Positions 42,967-51,750 of a stretch of DNA of 64,000 nt are shown here, one piece after another. Source of the DNA: Microcella sp. (GTDB lineage Bacteria > Actinomycetota > Actinomycetes > Actinomycetales > Microbacteriaceae). A program made the translations under genes and the position numbers. The notes below the pieces were generated by a model. It made no database searches. It had not been told where the DNA came from and worked only from the letters and a program-made list of their open reading frames with translations. Positions within the stretch are counted from its first letter, which is position 1, and each line of letters starts with the position of its first letter. The stretch lies in assembly GCF_040286215.1 (NCBI RefSeq), contig NZ_JAVKCK010000029.1, positions 25,879-89,878 of the forward strand, given 5' to 3'.

Positions 42967-43761
42967 CTACAGGGCCGTGCGGGGCGACGACCGTGCCGTA
43001 TCGCCCGAGCCGCTGGACTCGGTGGAGCGCGCTCGGCGCTGCGCGACGGACGCGCGGATCGCCGCATTGGCCGGCTTGCGGCCGCGGTGCAGAGCGACGA
43101 CGCCCGTCGTGAGGTTACGGTACGCGACCCGCGTGAATCCTGCACTGCGCAGCCACTGGCTCAGCCGCGCCTGGTCGGGCCAGTCCTTGATCGAGTCGAA
43201 GAGGTACCGGTACGCCTCGGGGTTCGAACTGGCCGCACCCGCGACGAGAGGCATGACGTAGCGCAGGTAGGCGAAGTACCCGGCCCGCACGACGCCGATC
43301 GGAGGCCGCGAGAACTCGCAGATCACGAGACGACCGCCCGGCTTGAGCACCCGATACATCTCGGCCAGCGCCACCTCCGGGCGCTGCACGTTGCGCAGGC
43401 CGAAGCTGATCGTCACAGCGTCGAACTCGTCATCGCCGAACGGCAGCTTCTCGGCGTCGCCCTGCACGAATTCGAGGCCGGGGTGCCGACGGCGACCCTC
43501 CTCGACCATGCCCTGAGAAAAGTCGAGGGCGATGACCTTCGCGCCTGACCTTGAGAGCGCGGCCGCGCTCGTACCGGTGCCCGCCGCGATATCGAGAATG
43601 CGCTCGCCGGGTCGAGGGTCGACCGCCCGGCCCGTCGCCGCGCGCCACAGGCCGGCGTTGCCGACGGAGAGCACGGCGTTCGTGCGGTCGTAGCCGCGCG
43701 CCACGCCGTCGAACATCGCCGCGACCTCGCGCGGCGTCTTCGTCAGGTCTGCCCTCGTCAC
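42967..43761 (-). CDS. menG: demethylmenaquinone methyltransferase
   Basis: UbiE/MenG family. FDGVARGYDRTNAVLS..., SAM motif ILDIAAGTGT, VLKPGGRLVICEFS. A C-terminal tail of about 30 aa. Confidence 0.9.
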   Translation of the reverse strand: MTRADLTKTPREVAAMFDGVARGYDRTNAVLSVGNAGLWRAATGRAVDPRPGERILDIAAGTGTSAAALSRSGAKVIALDFSQGMVEEGRRRHPGLEFVQGDAEKLPFGDDEFDAVTISFGLRNVQRPEVALAEMYRVLKPGGRLVICEFSRPPIGVVRAGYFAYLRYVMPLVAGAASSNPEAYRYLFDSIKDWPDQARLSQWLRSAGFTRVAYRNLTTGVVALHRGRKPANAAIRASVAQRRARSTESSGSGDTARSSPRTAL

Positions 43762-43768
43762 ACCCTTC

Positions 43769-43774
43769 AGTCTA
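43769..43774 (-). promoter_or_regulatory. -10 box TAGACT (reverse strand), leaderless-type promoter of menG
   Basis: Reverse strand TAGACT-gaagggt-GTG (7 nt). Confidence 0.45.
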
Positions 43775-43841
43775 GTGAGCGCTCACCCGGGGTTGCCCGT
43801 GAGCCGCCTGGGCAGGCGTCGAGTGCGCAGGACGCGCAGAG

Positions 43842-43847
43842 TACGCT
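43842..43847 (+). promoter_or_regulatory. -10 box TACGCT, leaderless-type promoter of menF
   Basis: TACGCT-cgtcgc-GTG (6 nt). Confidence 0.4.
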
Positions 43848-43853
43848 CGTCGC

Positions 43854-45119
43854 GTGCCCTCCCCCGCTGCCGCCGCGGCGCATTCCGCCGCCACCGCGCT
43901 GCGAGTCGTCACGGAGATCGTGCCCGACCCCGGGCCTCTTCTACGCTACGCGGAACCGGGCAGCCCGCTGCTCGCGCTGCGCCGCGGCGACGGCATCGTC
44001 GGCGTCGGAGAGGCGCTGCGGCTCGAGTACCGGGGCGCCGAGCGCATCGCCGACGCCGCCAGCCAGTGGCGGGCGGTGAGCGCCCTCGCCGAGGTCGACG
44101 ACCCGGTGGGCCGACCCGGCAGCGGGCTGGTCGCGTTCGGCACTTTCGCGTTCGCCGACGACTCCGGCGCCATGAGCGCGCTCATCGTGCCCGAGCTCGT
44201 CATCGGGCGCCACGAGGGCGTCTCCTGGGTCACGCGCGTGAGCGTTGACCAGAGCAGCCTCGAGCCTGTCTCCACTCCCCTGCCGCGGGGCATCGGCGAG
44301 CGCCCGCGCGCCACGCTTGCAGCGTCGAGCCTCAGCCGCGACGCCTTCATGGGGGTGGTCTCCGAGGCGCTCACCCGCATCCACGCTGGCGCCCTCGAGA
44401 AGGTCGTCATCGCGCGGGATGCGATCGCGCGCATTCCTGCCGACAGTGACCGTCGCGCGCTCGTGGACGAGCTCGCCCAGGCCTACCCGGACTGCCTCAC
44501 CTTCGCCGTCGACGGCCTCTACGGCGCCAGCCCGGAGACGCTCGTCAACGTGCACGCCCGTGAGGCGAGCGCGCGCGTCCTCGCCGGCAGCACCGCGCGC
44601 GGGGTGAGCGCCGCGGAGGACGCCGCCGCGGCCGCGACCCTCGCGACGAGCACGAAAGACCTCGACGAGCACGCGTTCGCCGTCCAGAGCGTGCTGCGCT
44701 CCCTGCGCCCGCACGCCCGCGCCGTCACCGCGAGCGAGCTGCCGTTCACCCTCAAGCTGCCCAACCTCTGGCACCTCGCCACCGATGTCGCCATCGAGCT
44801 CGGCGAGCAGTCCAGCGCCCTCGACCTCGTCGCCGCCCTGCACCCGACGGCCGCCGTCGCGGGGTCGCCCACCGCCGACGCCCTCGCCGTCATCGCCGCC
44901 CTCGAACCCTTCGATCGCGGCCGCTACGCCGGCCCCGTCGGCTGGATCGACCAGGACGGCGACGGCGAATGGGTGATCGCCCTGCGCTGCGCGACCGTCG
45001 CCCCTGACGGGCTGCTCACCGCCCACGCCGGCGCGGGCATCGTCGCCGACTCCGACCCCGAAGCGGAGCTCGCCGAGACCCGCATGAAGTTCCGGCCGAT
45101 AGCCGACAGTCTTCGGTAG
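43854..45119 (+). CDS. menF: isochorismate synthase
   Basis: Chorismate-binding domain ...LHPTAAVAGSP...FDRGRYAGPVGWID..GDGEWVIALRCA... Located in a men gene neighbourhood. Confidence 0.88.
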   Translation: MPSPAAAAAHSAATALRVVTEIVPDPGPLLRYAEPGSPLLALRRGDGIVGVGEALRLEYRGAERIADAASQWRAVSALAEVDDPVGRPGSGLVAFGTFAFADDSGAMSALIVPELVIGRHEGVSWVTRVSVDQSSLEPVSTPLPRGIGERPRATLAASSLSRDAFMGVVSEALTRIHAGALEKVVIARDAIARIPADSDRRALVDELAQAYPDCLTFAVDGLYGASPETLVNVHAREASARVLAGSTARGVSAAEDAAAAATLATSTKDLDEHAFAVQSVLRSLRPHARAVTASELPFTLKLPNLWHLATDVAIELGEQSSALDLVAALHPTAAVAGSPTADALAVIAALEPFDRGRYAGPVGWIDQDGDGEWVIALRCATVAPDGLLTAHAGAGIVADSDPEAELAETRMKFRPIADSLR

Positions 45120-45131
45120 CGGCACCAGCAG

Positions 45132-45962
45132 TCACGGTGACGACGCCGCGAGGCGCTCCTTCTCGACCTCGACGTCGAAATCGGCCGTCGGCCACTGCGG
45201 GTCGAGGTCGCGCAGGGCCGACAGCAGCAGGGACTGCACGGCGAGCCGGGCGTACCACTTGCGGTCGGCGGGCACGATGAACCAGGGCGCGTGGTCGGCG
45301 TCGGTGCGCTGGATGGCGAGCTCGTAGGCGCGCTCGTACTCGGCCCAGAGCATCCGCTCATCGATGTCGCCCGGGTTGTACTTCCAGTGCTTGTCGGGCC
45401 GGGCGAGGCGCTCGGCGAGACGCTCCCCCTGCTCCTTCTTCGAGATGTGCAGCATGACTTTGACGATGCTGGTGCCGCTGTCGGCGACGCGCCGCTCGAA
45501 GGCGGTGATGTCGTCGTAGCGCTGCTCGATCTCCTCAGCGGGGGCGAGCTGCCGCACTCGGCCGATGAGGACGTCCTCGTAGTGAGAGCGGTCGAAGACG
45601 CCGATCTTGCCGACCGCGGGCAGCTGCCTCTCGACGCGCCACAGGAAGTGGTGGCTGAGCTCCTCCTCGGTCGGCCGCTTGAAGGCGGCGAGCTGCACGC
45701 CCTGCGGGTCGACCGCACCGATGACGTGACGCACGATGCCGCCCTTGCCCGCCGTGTCCATCGCCTGGATGACGAGGAGCACACGGCGCGTCTCTCCCGC
45801 GGTGCTCGCCGCGTGAAGCCGCTCCTGCAGCGTGCTCAGCTCGTCGACACCGTCGGCGAGCGCCTGCTCACCGTCGGCCTTGTCGCTCTCGAAGCCGGGG
45901 GTGGAGCGCGTGTCGATGTCGCGCAGTCGTACGTCGTCGGGGGCCCTCAGCAGCTCATCCAT
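45132..45962 (-). CDS. polyphosphate kinase 2 family protein
   Basis: PPK2 motifs: ...LLVIQAMDTAGKGG (Walker A-like), FDRSHYEDV, WKYNPGDIDE. Start is ATG 45962 or 45989. Confidence 0.88.
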   Translation of the reverse strand: MDELLRAPDDVRLRDIDTRSTPGFESDKADGEQALADGVDELSTLQERLHAASTAGETRRVLLVIQAMDTAGKGGIVRHVIGAVDPQGVQLAAFKRPTEEELSHHFLWRVERQLPAVGKIGVFDRSHYEDVLIGRVRQLAPAEEIEQRYDDITAFERRVADSGTSIVKVMLHISKKEQGERLAERLARPDKHWKYNPGDIDERMLWAEYERAYELAIQRTDADHAPWFIVPADRKWYARLAVQSLLLSALRDLDPQWPTADFDVEVEKERLAASSP

Positions 45963-46000
45963 GGCCCGAGGGTACCGGGGCGGGCTCACAGCCGCGCGGG

Positions 46001-47776
46001 TCAGGCGTCCGACGACGTCTCGGGCGGCGTCGTCTCGGTCGGTGCCGGCTCGGCCGGTGCCGGCTCGCCCGCAGCGCTCTCGCTCAGCGGCACCTCGACG
46101 ACGAGGCGGGGCTCGGGCGCGGTGAGCGCGTCATCGAGCTCGGCGCGGGTCGTCACTCGGCGGTACGCCCAGCCTCCGGCGGCGGCGAGCGACGCGAGGT
46201 CGACGGCGTGGGGCGTGCGCATGACCATCTCGAAGTCGGCGGCGGGGGCGGTCGCGGCCACCTCGAGATCGTCGAAGATCGTGCCGCCGCCGTCGTTGCC
46301 GACGATGACGTGCACCCGCAGGTCGTCGGGCAGCGCCGCGAGGAGCGCGCCCGCATCGTGCAGCAGGGCGAGGTCGCCGAGCAGCACGCGCGTCGTGCCG
46401 GGCGTCGCCGTCGTCTCCGCGTCGGCCGCGCCGATCGCCATGCCCGTCGCCGTCGACACGGTGCCGTCAATGCCGGCGAGCCCGCGATTGGCGTGCACCG
46501 GTATCGCCTTGCCGGGCACGAGCGCGTCGGCGACGCGGATGAGCCGGGAGGCGGCGAGCACGAGGCGATCGTGCGGCCACGTCGCTGCCCACACGGCGCG
46601 CACGAGCATCCGGCGATCGACGGGGGTGCGCAGCACGGCGAGCTCGGCGGAGGCGAAGGCGGCGCGCACGCTCCGGTCGCTCGAGACGGCGAGGGAGAGG
46701 TCGGGTGCGGGGTCACCGGGATCCTGCGAGTCGAGCACGGCGCGCGACATGCTCACCCAGCCGCCGACCCAGCGCCGCACGACCGCGCGGTCAGGTGCGC
46801 CCTGCACGCGCACCTCGTCGACGACGCGCGCCCGGCGGCCTGGGTTGTACGCCTCGACGCCCGGCGTGCGCACGACGATCGCCTCGACGTCGCCGCGCTG
46901 CAGCAGCGCCGGCACCTCGCGGCTGAGGGTGGGGTGGCCGAGCACGACCGCCCGGCCGACGGCCTCCCCGTGCGGCCCGCGCAGCACGTCGCGGTAGGCG
47001 ACGACGAGGTGACGACCGAAGCGGGCGCCGCTCGACACCTCGGCGATGAGCGGCGCGCCGAGATCGACGGCGAGCTGCTCGGCCGCCGGGCCTGCTCCGT
47101 GGCCCGCGATGACGACGGTCGCGTCATCCGGTACGAGGTCGACGACCTCTCGCGGCGCAGCGGGCGGTGCGTCCTCGAGGCCGGGCGTGGCATCGATCCG
47201 CTCCGGTACGAGAACGCTCCCACTCAACGGCTCCCGATACGCGAGGTTGAGGTGCACCGGGCCCTCGGCGCTCGCCCGGATGGCGAGGGCGGCGAGAGTG
47301 CGGGCATCCTCGTGCTCGCCGTGCGCGCCCGTTGGGGCCGGAACATCCCAGTCGGCGCGCACGAGGTCGCCGAAGATGCCCGGCTGCACGGTGGTCTGGT
47401 TGCTGCCGATACCGCGCAGCTCCGCCGGTCGGTCGGCGCTCAGGACGATGAGCGGAACACCCGAGTGGTGCGCCTCGAGCACGGCGGGGTGCAGATTCGC
47501 GACCGCCGTGCCGGACGTGCACACGACGGCGACCGGCCGACCGGTCTGCACGGCGAGCCCGAGGGCGGTGAAACTGGCGACGCGCTCGTCGATGCGCACC
47601 GTGAGCCGCACGTGGCCCGCCCGGGCGTAAGCCGCCGCCGCGAGAGCGAGCGCCTGCGAGCGCGAACCGGGGCTGAGCACGACATCTCGCAGCCCGTGCG
47701 CCACGAGCCCTTCGAGGAGGGCGGCGGCGGACGACGAGGCGGGCGACTCAGCGCTCAGCGGAGGGAGGATTGTCAT
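46001..47776 (-). CDS. menD: 2-succinyl-5-enolpyruvyl-6-hydroxy-3-cyclohexene-1-carboxylate synthase
   Basis: Trimmed to ATG 47776 (GGAGGG upstream). ThDP enzyme. LLEGLVAHGLRDVVLSPGSRSQALA...LLGDLALLHDAGAL...GNDGGGTIF. Confidence 0.9.
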   Translation of the reverse strand: MTILPPLSAESPASSSAAALLEGLVAHGLRDVVLSPGSRSQALALAAAAYARAGHVRLTVRIDERVASFTALGLAVQTGRPVAVVCTSGTAVANLHPAVLEAHHSGVPLIVLSADRPAELRGIGSNQTTVQPGIFGDLVRADWDVPAPTGAHGEHEDARTLAALAIRASAEGPVHLNLAYREPLSGSVLVPERIDATPGLEDAPPAAPREVVDLVPDDATVVIAGHGAGPAAEQLAVDLGAPLIAEVSSGARFGRHLVVAYRDVLRGPHGEAVGRAVVLGHPTLSREVPALLQRGDVEAIVVRTPGVEAYNPGRRARVVDEVRVQGAPDRAVVRRWVGGWVSMSRAVLDSQDPGDPAPDLSLAVSSDRSVRAAFASAELAVLRTPVDRRMLVRAVWAATWPHDRLVLAASRLIRVADALVPGKAIPVHANRGLAGIDGTVSTATGMAIGAADAETTATPGTTRVLLGDLALLHDAGALLAALPDDLRVHVIVGNDGGGTIFDDLEVAATAPAADFEMVMRTPHAVDLASLAAAGGWAYRRVTTRAELDDALTAPEPRLVVEVPLSESAAGEPAPAEPAPTETTPPETSSDA

Positions 47777-48005
47777 CGTCGAGGTCGGCGAGCTCCTGCT
47801 CAAGACGGCGCAGTCGCTCATCCTGCTCGGCTCGACGTGCGACCTCGTCGCGGCTGAGCGTACCGAGGAACGCCGGGTCGTCATCCGGGGCCACCGTGCG
47901 ACTCACTCGCCCGGGCCCGCGGCGCGCCTTGCCGACGATGAGCCACAGAACGCCGCCGAGAACGGGGAGCACGACCACGAGGACGGCCCACGCGGCCTTC
48001 GGCAT
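47748..48005 (-). CDS. PLD nuclease N-terminal domain-containing small membrane protein
   Basis: MPKAAWAVLVVVLPVLGGVLWLIVGKARR..., then a charged tail. Its 3' end overlaps the menD start by 29 nt. Confidence 0.75.
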   Translation of the reverse strand: MPKAAWAVLVVVLPVLGGVLWLIVGKARRGPGRVSRTVAPDDDPAFLGTLSRDEVARRAEQDERLRRLEQELADLDDDNPPSAER

Positions 48006-48110
48006 GGCGCGGATGCGCGAACGGTCGGTGAGCAGACCGTCGACGAGCGTTTAGATCGTGTAGGCGACGGCGACCACCTCGAGCACGACGTTGACTCTGG
48101 CCATGCCCCT

Positions 48111-48116
48111 ACTGTA
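48111..48116 (-). promoter_or_regulatory. -10 box TACAGT (reverse strand), candidate promoter of the PLDc_N-menD unit
   Basis: Reverse strand TACAGT-aggggc-ATG. That ATG opens only a 17-codon ORF (48051-48104). The downstream gene starts at 48005. Confidence 0.35.
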
Positions 48117-48179
48117 GCCACGCGCTCTGGGCGGCGCCCGAGAGCGGGCCCTACGCAGCCTGCACCCCGGTCGCGCTCG

Positions 48180-48185
48180 TAGAAT
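48180..48185 (+). promoter_or_regulatory. -10 box TAGAAT, leaderless-type promoter
   Basis: TAGAAT-ggcggc-ATG (6 nt). Confidence 0.5.
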
Positions 48186-48191
48186 GGCGGC

Positions 48192-48443
48192 ATGAGTCCC
48201 TGGATCGCCTACAGCCTCGTGCGGTTCGGGCTCTTCGGCGGAGTTCTCGCGCTCCTCTTGCTCGTGCAAGTGGAGTGGTGGTGGGCGGCGATCCTCGCCA
48301 CGATCATCGCCTTCACCGTCTCCTACATCTTCTTCCCTGGCCTGCGCCACGCGGTGGCGGCCGACCTCGCCGCCCGACGCACGCGCACGACCCCGCAGGA
48401 TCCGGACGCCGACGCCGAAGACGCCGCGCTCGAGAACCGCTGA
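48192..48443 (+). CDS. DUF4229 domain-containing membrane protein
   Basis: MSPWIAYSLVRFGLFGGVLALLLLV...WWWAAILATIIAFTVSYIFF. Two TM helices plus an acidic tail. Confidence 0.75.
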   Translation: MSPWIAYSLVRFGLFGGVLALLLLVQVEWWWAAILATIIAFTVSYIFFPGLRHAVAADLAARRTRTTPQDPDADAEDAALENR

Positions 48444-48528
48444 CCGACCGGCGCGGGCGCAGCGTTCGCCGCACCCCGCGGTAAGGGTTTCGTAAGCTGG
48501 GGCGCTGTCGGCGCGATCGAGACCCGCC

Positions 48529-48534
48529 TAGATT
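48529..48534 (+). promoter_or_regulatory. -10 box TAGATT, leaderless-type promoter of the thioredoxin-CcdA-RR-HK operon
   Basis: TAGATT-cttctc-ATG (6 nt). Confidence 0.5.
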
Positions 48535-48540
48535 CTTCTC

Positions 48541-49053
48541 ATGACCTCACGCGTGCCCTTCCTGCGACTGGCCACCCTCGCGACCGCCCTGGCCCTCGTG
48601 GCCTCCGGCTGCGTCCCGCTCGACGAGCCCGGCGCCGAGCCCTCCGCGGTCGCGTCGAGCGAGCCGAGTTCGAGCGAGCCGATGGACGAGGCGAGCGAGG
48701 GCGAGGCGATGGACGACGAGGCGATGGACGGCGAGGAGGGCGCGCAGCCGGGCGCGTACGTCGAGTACCGCGACGGGATCATTGCCGAGACCGCCGGGCA
48801 GAAGGCACTCTTCTTCCACGCGTCGTGGTGCCCGCAGTGCCGGGCGCTCGAGGAGAGCATCCTCTCCGGGCAGATCCCTGACGACCTCACGATCATCAAA
48901 GTCGACTTCGACACGGCGACGGCGCTGCGCCAGCAGTACGGCGTGACCATCCAGACGACCATCGTGTACCTCGACGACGACGGTACGGCGCTCGCCACCG
49001 AGGTGCTGTACTCCGACACGACGCTCGACGCCCTCGTGGCGGCGGCGCCCTAG
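48541..49053 (+). CDS. thioredoxin-fold lipoprotein
   Basis: Lipobox LALVASGC, an acidic linker (SSEPMDEASEGEAMDDEAMDGEEG), and the active site FFHASWCPQCRALE. Confidence 0.87.
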   Translation: MTSRVPFLRLATLATALALVASGCVPLDEPGAEPSAVASSEPSSSEPMDEASEGEAMDDEAMDGEEGAQPGAYVEYRDGIIAETAGQKALFFHASWCPQCRALEESILSGQIPDDLTIIKVDFDTATALRQQYGVTIQTTIVYLDDDGTALATEVLYSDTTLDALVAAAP

Positions 49054-49062
49054 GCTCGCGGC

Positions 49063-49806
49063 GTGGAAGGGCTCGCTCTCGTCAGTCTCGCCGCGGGCGT
49101 GCTGACCGTCGCGGCGCCCTGCGTGTTGCCGCTGCTGCCGATCATCATCGGCGGGTCGATCGTGGCCGACGACGCCGGTTCGACGCGGGCGCGCGTGCGC
49201 CCGTACGTTATCGCCGGCTCGCTCGCCGTGAGCGTCATCGCCTTCACCCTGCTGCTGAAGGCGACGACGGCGCTGCTCGGCGTCCCCACCCAGGTCTGGC
49301 AGATCGTGTCGGGTGTGATCGTCATCCTGCTCGGCATCAACCTGCTCGCGCCCGGCCTGTGGGAGAAACTGTCGACCCGCCTCGGCCTGGGCGAGCGCAG
49401 CAATCGCGCGCTCGACGACTCCGTGCGACGGCAGAGCATCGGCGGCGACATTCTCACGGGCGCCGCGCTCGGGCCGGTCTTCTCGAGCTGCAGCCCCACC
49501 TACGCTCTCATCGTCGCGACCGTCCTGCCGGTCTCCTTCGCGGAGGGGGTGCTCTACGTGAGCCTGTACGCGGTGGGTCTCGCCATACCGCTGCTGCTGA
49601 TCTCGCTGGCCGGGCGGGGAGCCGCGCGGCGGCTCGGGTGGCTCGCCGACCCGCGCGGCTGGTTCCGCCGCACGATGGGCGTGCTGTTCGTCATCGTCGG
49701 CATCGTCGTCATCGTCGGCGCCGACAAAGCACTGCAAACGCTCATCCTCGACCTCGGCTGGTACAACCCCATCGCTGAGCTGGAGGGCGTGCTGCGTGGC
49801 GAGTGA
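49063..49806 (+). CDS. cytochrome c biogenesis CcdA/DsbD-family thiol-disulfide transporter (second copy)
   Basis: GTG start 9 nt after the thioredoxin stop. Six TM helices. Conserved Cys in AAPCVLPLLP and SSCSPTYAL. Confidence 0.85.
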   Translation: MEGLALVSLAAGVLTVAAPCVLPLLPIIIGGSIVADDAGSTRARVRPYVIAGSLAVSVIAFTLLLKATTALLGVPTQVWQIVSGVIVILLGINLLAPGLWEKLSTRLGLGERSNRALDDSVRRQSIGGDILTGAALGPVFSSCSPTYALIVATVLPVSFAEGVLYVSLYAVGLAIPLLLISLAGRGAARRLGWLADPRGWFRRTMGVLFVIVGIVVIVGADKALQTLILDLGWYNPIAELEGVLRGE

Positions 49807-50593
49807 TCGGGCAGCCGATGCGGTGCGCGCGCGACCCCTCGACGGTCGCCGCGTACTCGTCGTCGACGACGACCCGACACTGCTCGAGATCGCCGCGACC
49901 TACCTGAGCGCAGCCGGCGCGACCGTGGCGACCGCGCCCGACTCGGTGCGCGCCCTCCATGCCGCGCAGGAGGGGGAGCCCGACCTGGTGGTGCTCGACC
50001 GCATGATTCCCGGTGTGGACGGGCTCGAGGTGGCGCGCCGACTTCGTGGGCGCTCGAGCGTGCCGATCATCATGCTCACCGCGCTCGGGGAGGCCGAGCA
50101 CCGCATCGAGGGCCTCGAGGCCGGGGTCGACGACTACCTCGCCAAGCCCTTCTCGCCGCGAGAGCTGGTGCTGCGGGCGGAGGCGCTGCTGCGCCGCTCG
50201 ATCGCTCAGCAGGACGTGGACGGCGACGTCACGCTGGGGCGCCTGCACCTCGATGCGGCGGCCCGCACGATCTCTCTCGACGGCGCGCCCCTGACCCTCA
50301 CCGCTCGCGAGCACGACCTGCTCGCCCACCTGGTGCGGCGTCCCGGCCGCACGCTGCGCCGCGACGAGCTGCTCGGCGAGGTGTGGGGCTGGACCATCGG
50401 CGACGTGTCGACCATCACGGTGCACGTGCGCCGGCTGCGCGAGAAGATCGAGCGGGATCCGTCGCATCCGCGCATCATCACCACGGTGTGGGGAGTCGGC
50501 TACCGCCTTGACCCGGCCGGCCTCGACCCGGCCCCGGCGCCCGCCGGGCTTGACCCGGCCCCGGCCGAATCCGAGAAGCGCGGTGCCCCGTGA
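49796..50593 (+). CDS. OmpR/PhoB family response regulator with Pro/Ala repeat tail
   Basis: GTG start overlapping the CcdA end by 11 nt. Receiver domain (RVLVVDDDPTLLEI...DLVVLDRMIPGVDGLEV) plus winged helix (ITTVWGVGYRL). C-terminal tail DPAGLDPAPAPAGLDPAPAESEK. Confidence 0.9.
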   Translation: MASDRAADAVRARPLDGRRVLVVDDDPTLLEIAATYLSAAGATVATAPDSVRALHAAQEGEPDLVVLDRMIPGVDGLEVARRLRGRSSVPIIMLTALGEAEHRIEGLEAGVDDYLAKPFSPRELVLRAEALLRRSIAQQDVDGDVTLGRLHLDAAARTISLDGAPLTLTAREHDLLAHLVRRPGRTLRRDELLGEVWGWTIGDVSTITVHVRRLREKIERDPSHPRIITTVWGVGYRLDPAGLDPAPAPAGLDPAPAESEKRGAP

Positions 50594-51750
50594 CGCTCGG
50601 CGACTACGCGCAAGTGCTGGGCTTCGCTGCGGGTAGCGCGCTCGTCGCGGGGCTGCTCGCGGCCGTCGTGCTGCGGATCGCGCGCCGAGCACCCCTCGTC
50701 GTGCACGTCATCGTGATCGTCGCGGCGGCCGTCGCGGCGGTCGCCGGGGGCATCGCGCTCACCGCGGGCGGCATGTACATCAACGACGCCGACACGATGG
50801 TCGCCCTCTCGGTGACCGCGGCGAGCGGCGTCGTCTCTCTCGCCATGGCACTCCTCCTCTCCTTGGCGCTGTCGCGGGATGCCCGGGGTCTGGGCCGCGA
50901 TGCCCGCCGACTTGGGGCTGGCGACACCGTCGAGCCGGCACGACGCGTGACCGCCGAGCTCGACGCCGTGCAGGGCGAGCTCGCCGAGTCGAGCGACCGG
51001 CTCGCCGCAGCGCGCACCGCCTCGGAGCGGGCGGAGGCGGCCCGCCGCGACCTCGTGGCCCGCATCGCGCACGACCTGCTGGCGCCACTCGCGAGCATCC
51101 GCGCCATCGCGGAGACCCTCGAGGATGGCCTCTCCTCCGAGCCGGACCGGCACGCGCGCCAGCTCGGGTCGCATGTGACGCGCCTGCACGCCCTCATCGG
51201 CGACCTGTTCGAACTCTCGCGCATCGACGCCGGCACGCTCGCGCTCTCCCCCGAGACGGTCTCGCTCACCGACCTCGCCTCCGACGTGGTGGCCGACTTC
51301 GCTCCGCTCGCCGCCCAGCACGATGTGGTTCTCGAGCTGGAGGCGAGTGACGCGGTCACGGCCGAGGTCGACGCACAGGCTCTCAGCCGCGCCCTCGTGA
51401 ACGTGGTTGTCAACGCGATCGAGCACTCCCCCGTCGGCGGCGTCATCACGGTCGCGGTCGACGAGCACGAGGGGTCGGGGCGCGTGCGCGTGCGCGATCG
51501 CGGGCCCGGTATCGCCGAGGCCGACCTTCCGCACGTCTTCGACGCCGGATGGCGCGCCGACGCGGCGCGCACCACCCCTCGCCTGGGCCTCGCCGGCGGC
51601 GCCGGACTCGGTCTCGCCATCACCCGCGCGATCCTTGAGGCGCACGGCGGCAGCGCGGGCGCCGCACGCGCGGAGCCCGGTGCGCAGTTCACGCTTCGAC
51701 TGCCGCGGCCCGATGCGCGGTCGACCCCACCAGCGGCGCGCGCCCGTTAG
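50590..51750 (+). CDS. sensor histidine kinase
   Basis: GTGA overlap with the regulator stop. Two N-terminal TM helices with almost no external loop. H-box VARIAHDLLAPLASI. HATPase GAGLGLAITRAILEAHGG. Confidence 0.88.
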   Translation: MTLGDYAQVLGFAAGSALVAGLLAAVVLRIARRAPLVVHVIVIVAAAVAAVAGGIALTAGGMYINDADTMVALSVTAASGVVSLAMALLLSLALSRDARGLGRDARRLGAGDTVEPARRVTAELDAVQGELAESSDRLAAARTASERAEAARRDLVARIAHDLLAPLASIRAIAETLEDGLSSEPDRHARQLGSHVTRLHALIGDLFELSRIDAGTLALSPETVSLTDLASDVVADFAPLAAQHDVVLELEASDAVTAEVDAQALSRALVNVVVNAIEHSPVGGVITVAVDEHEGSGRVRVRDRGPGIAEADLPHVFDAGWRADAARTTPRLGLAGGAGLGLAITRAILEAHGGSAGAARAEPGAQFTLRLPRPDARSTPPAARAR

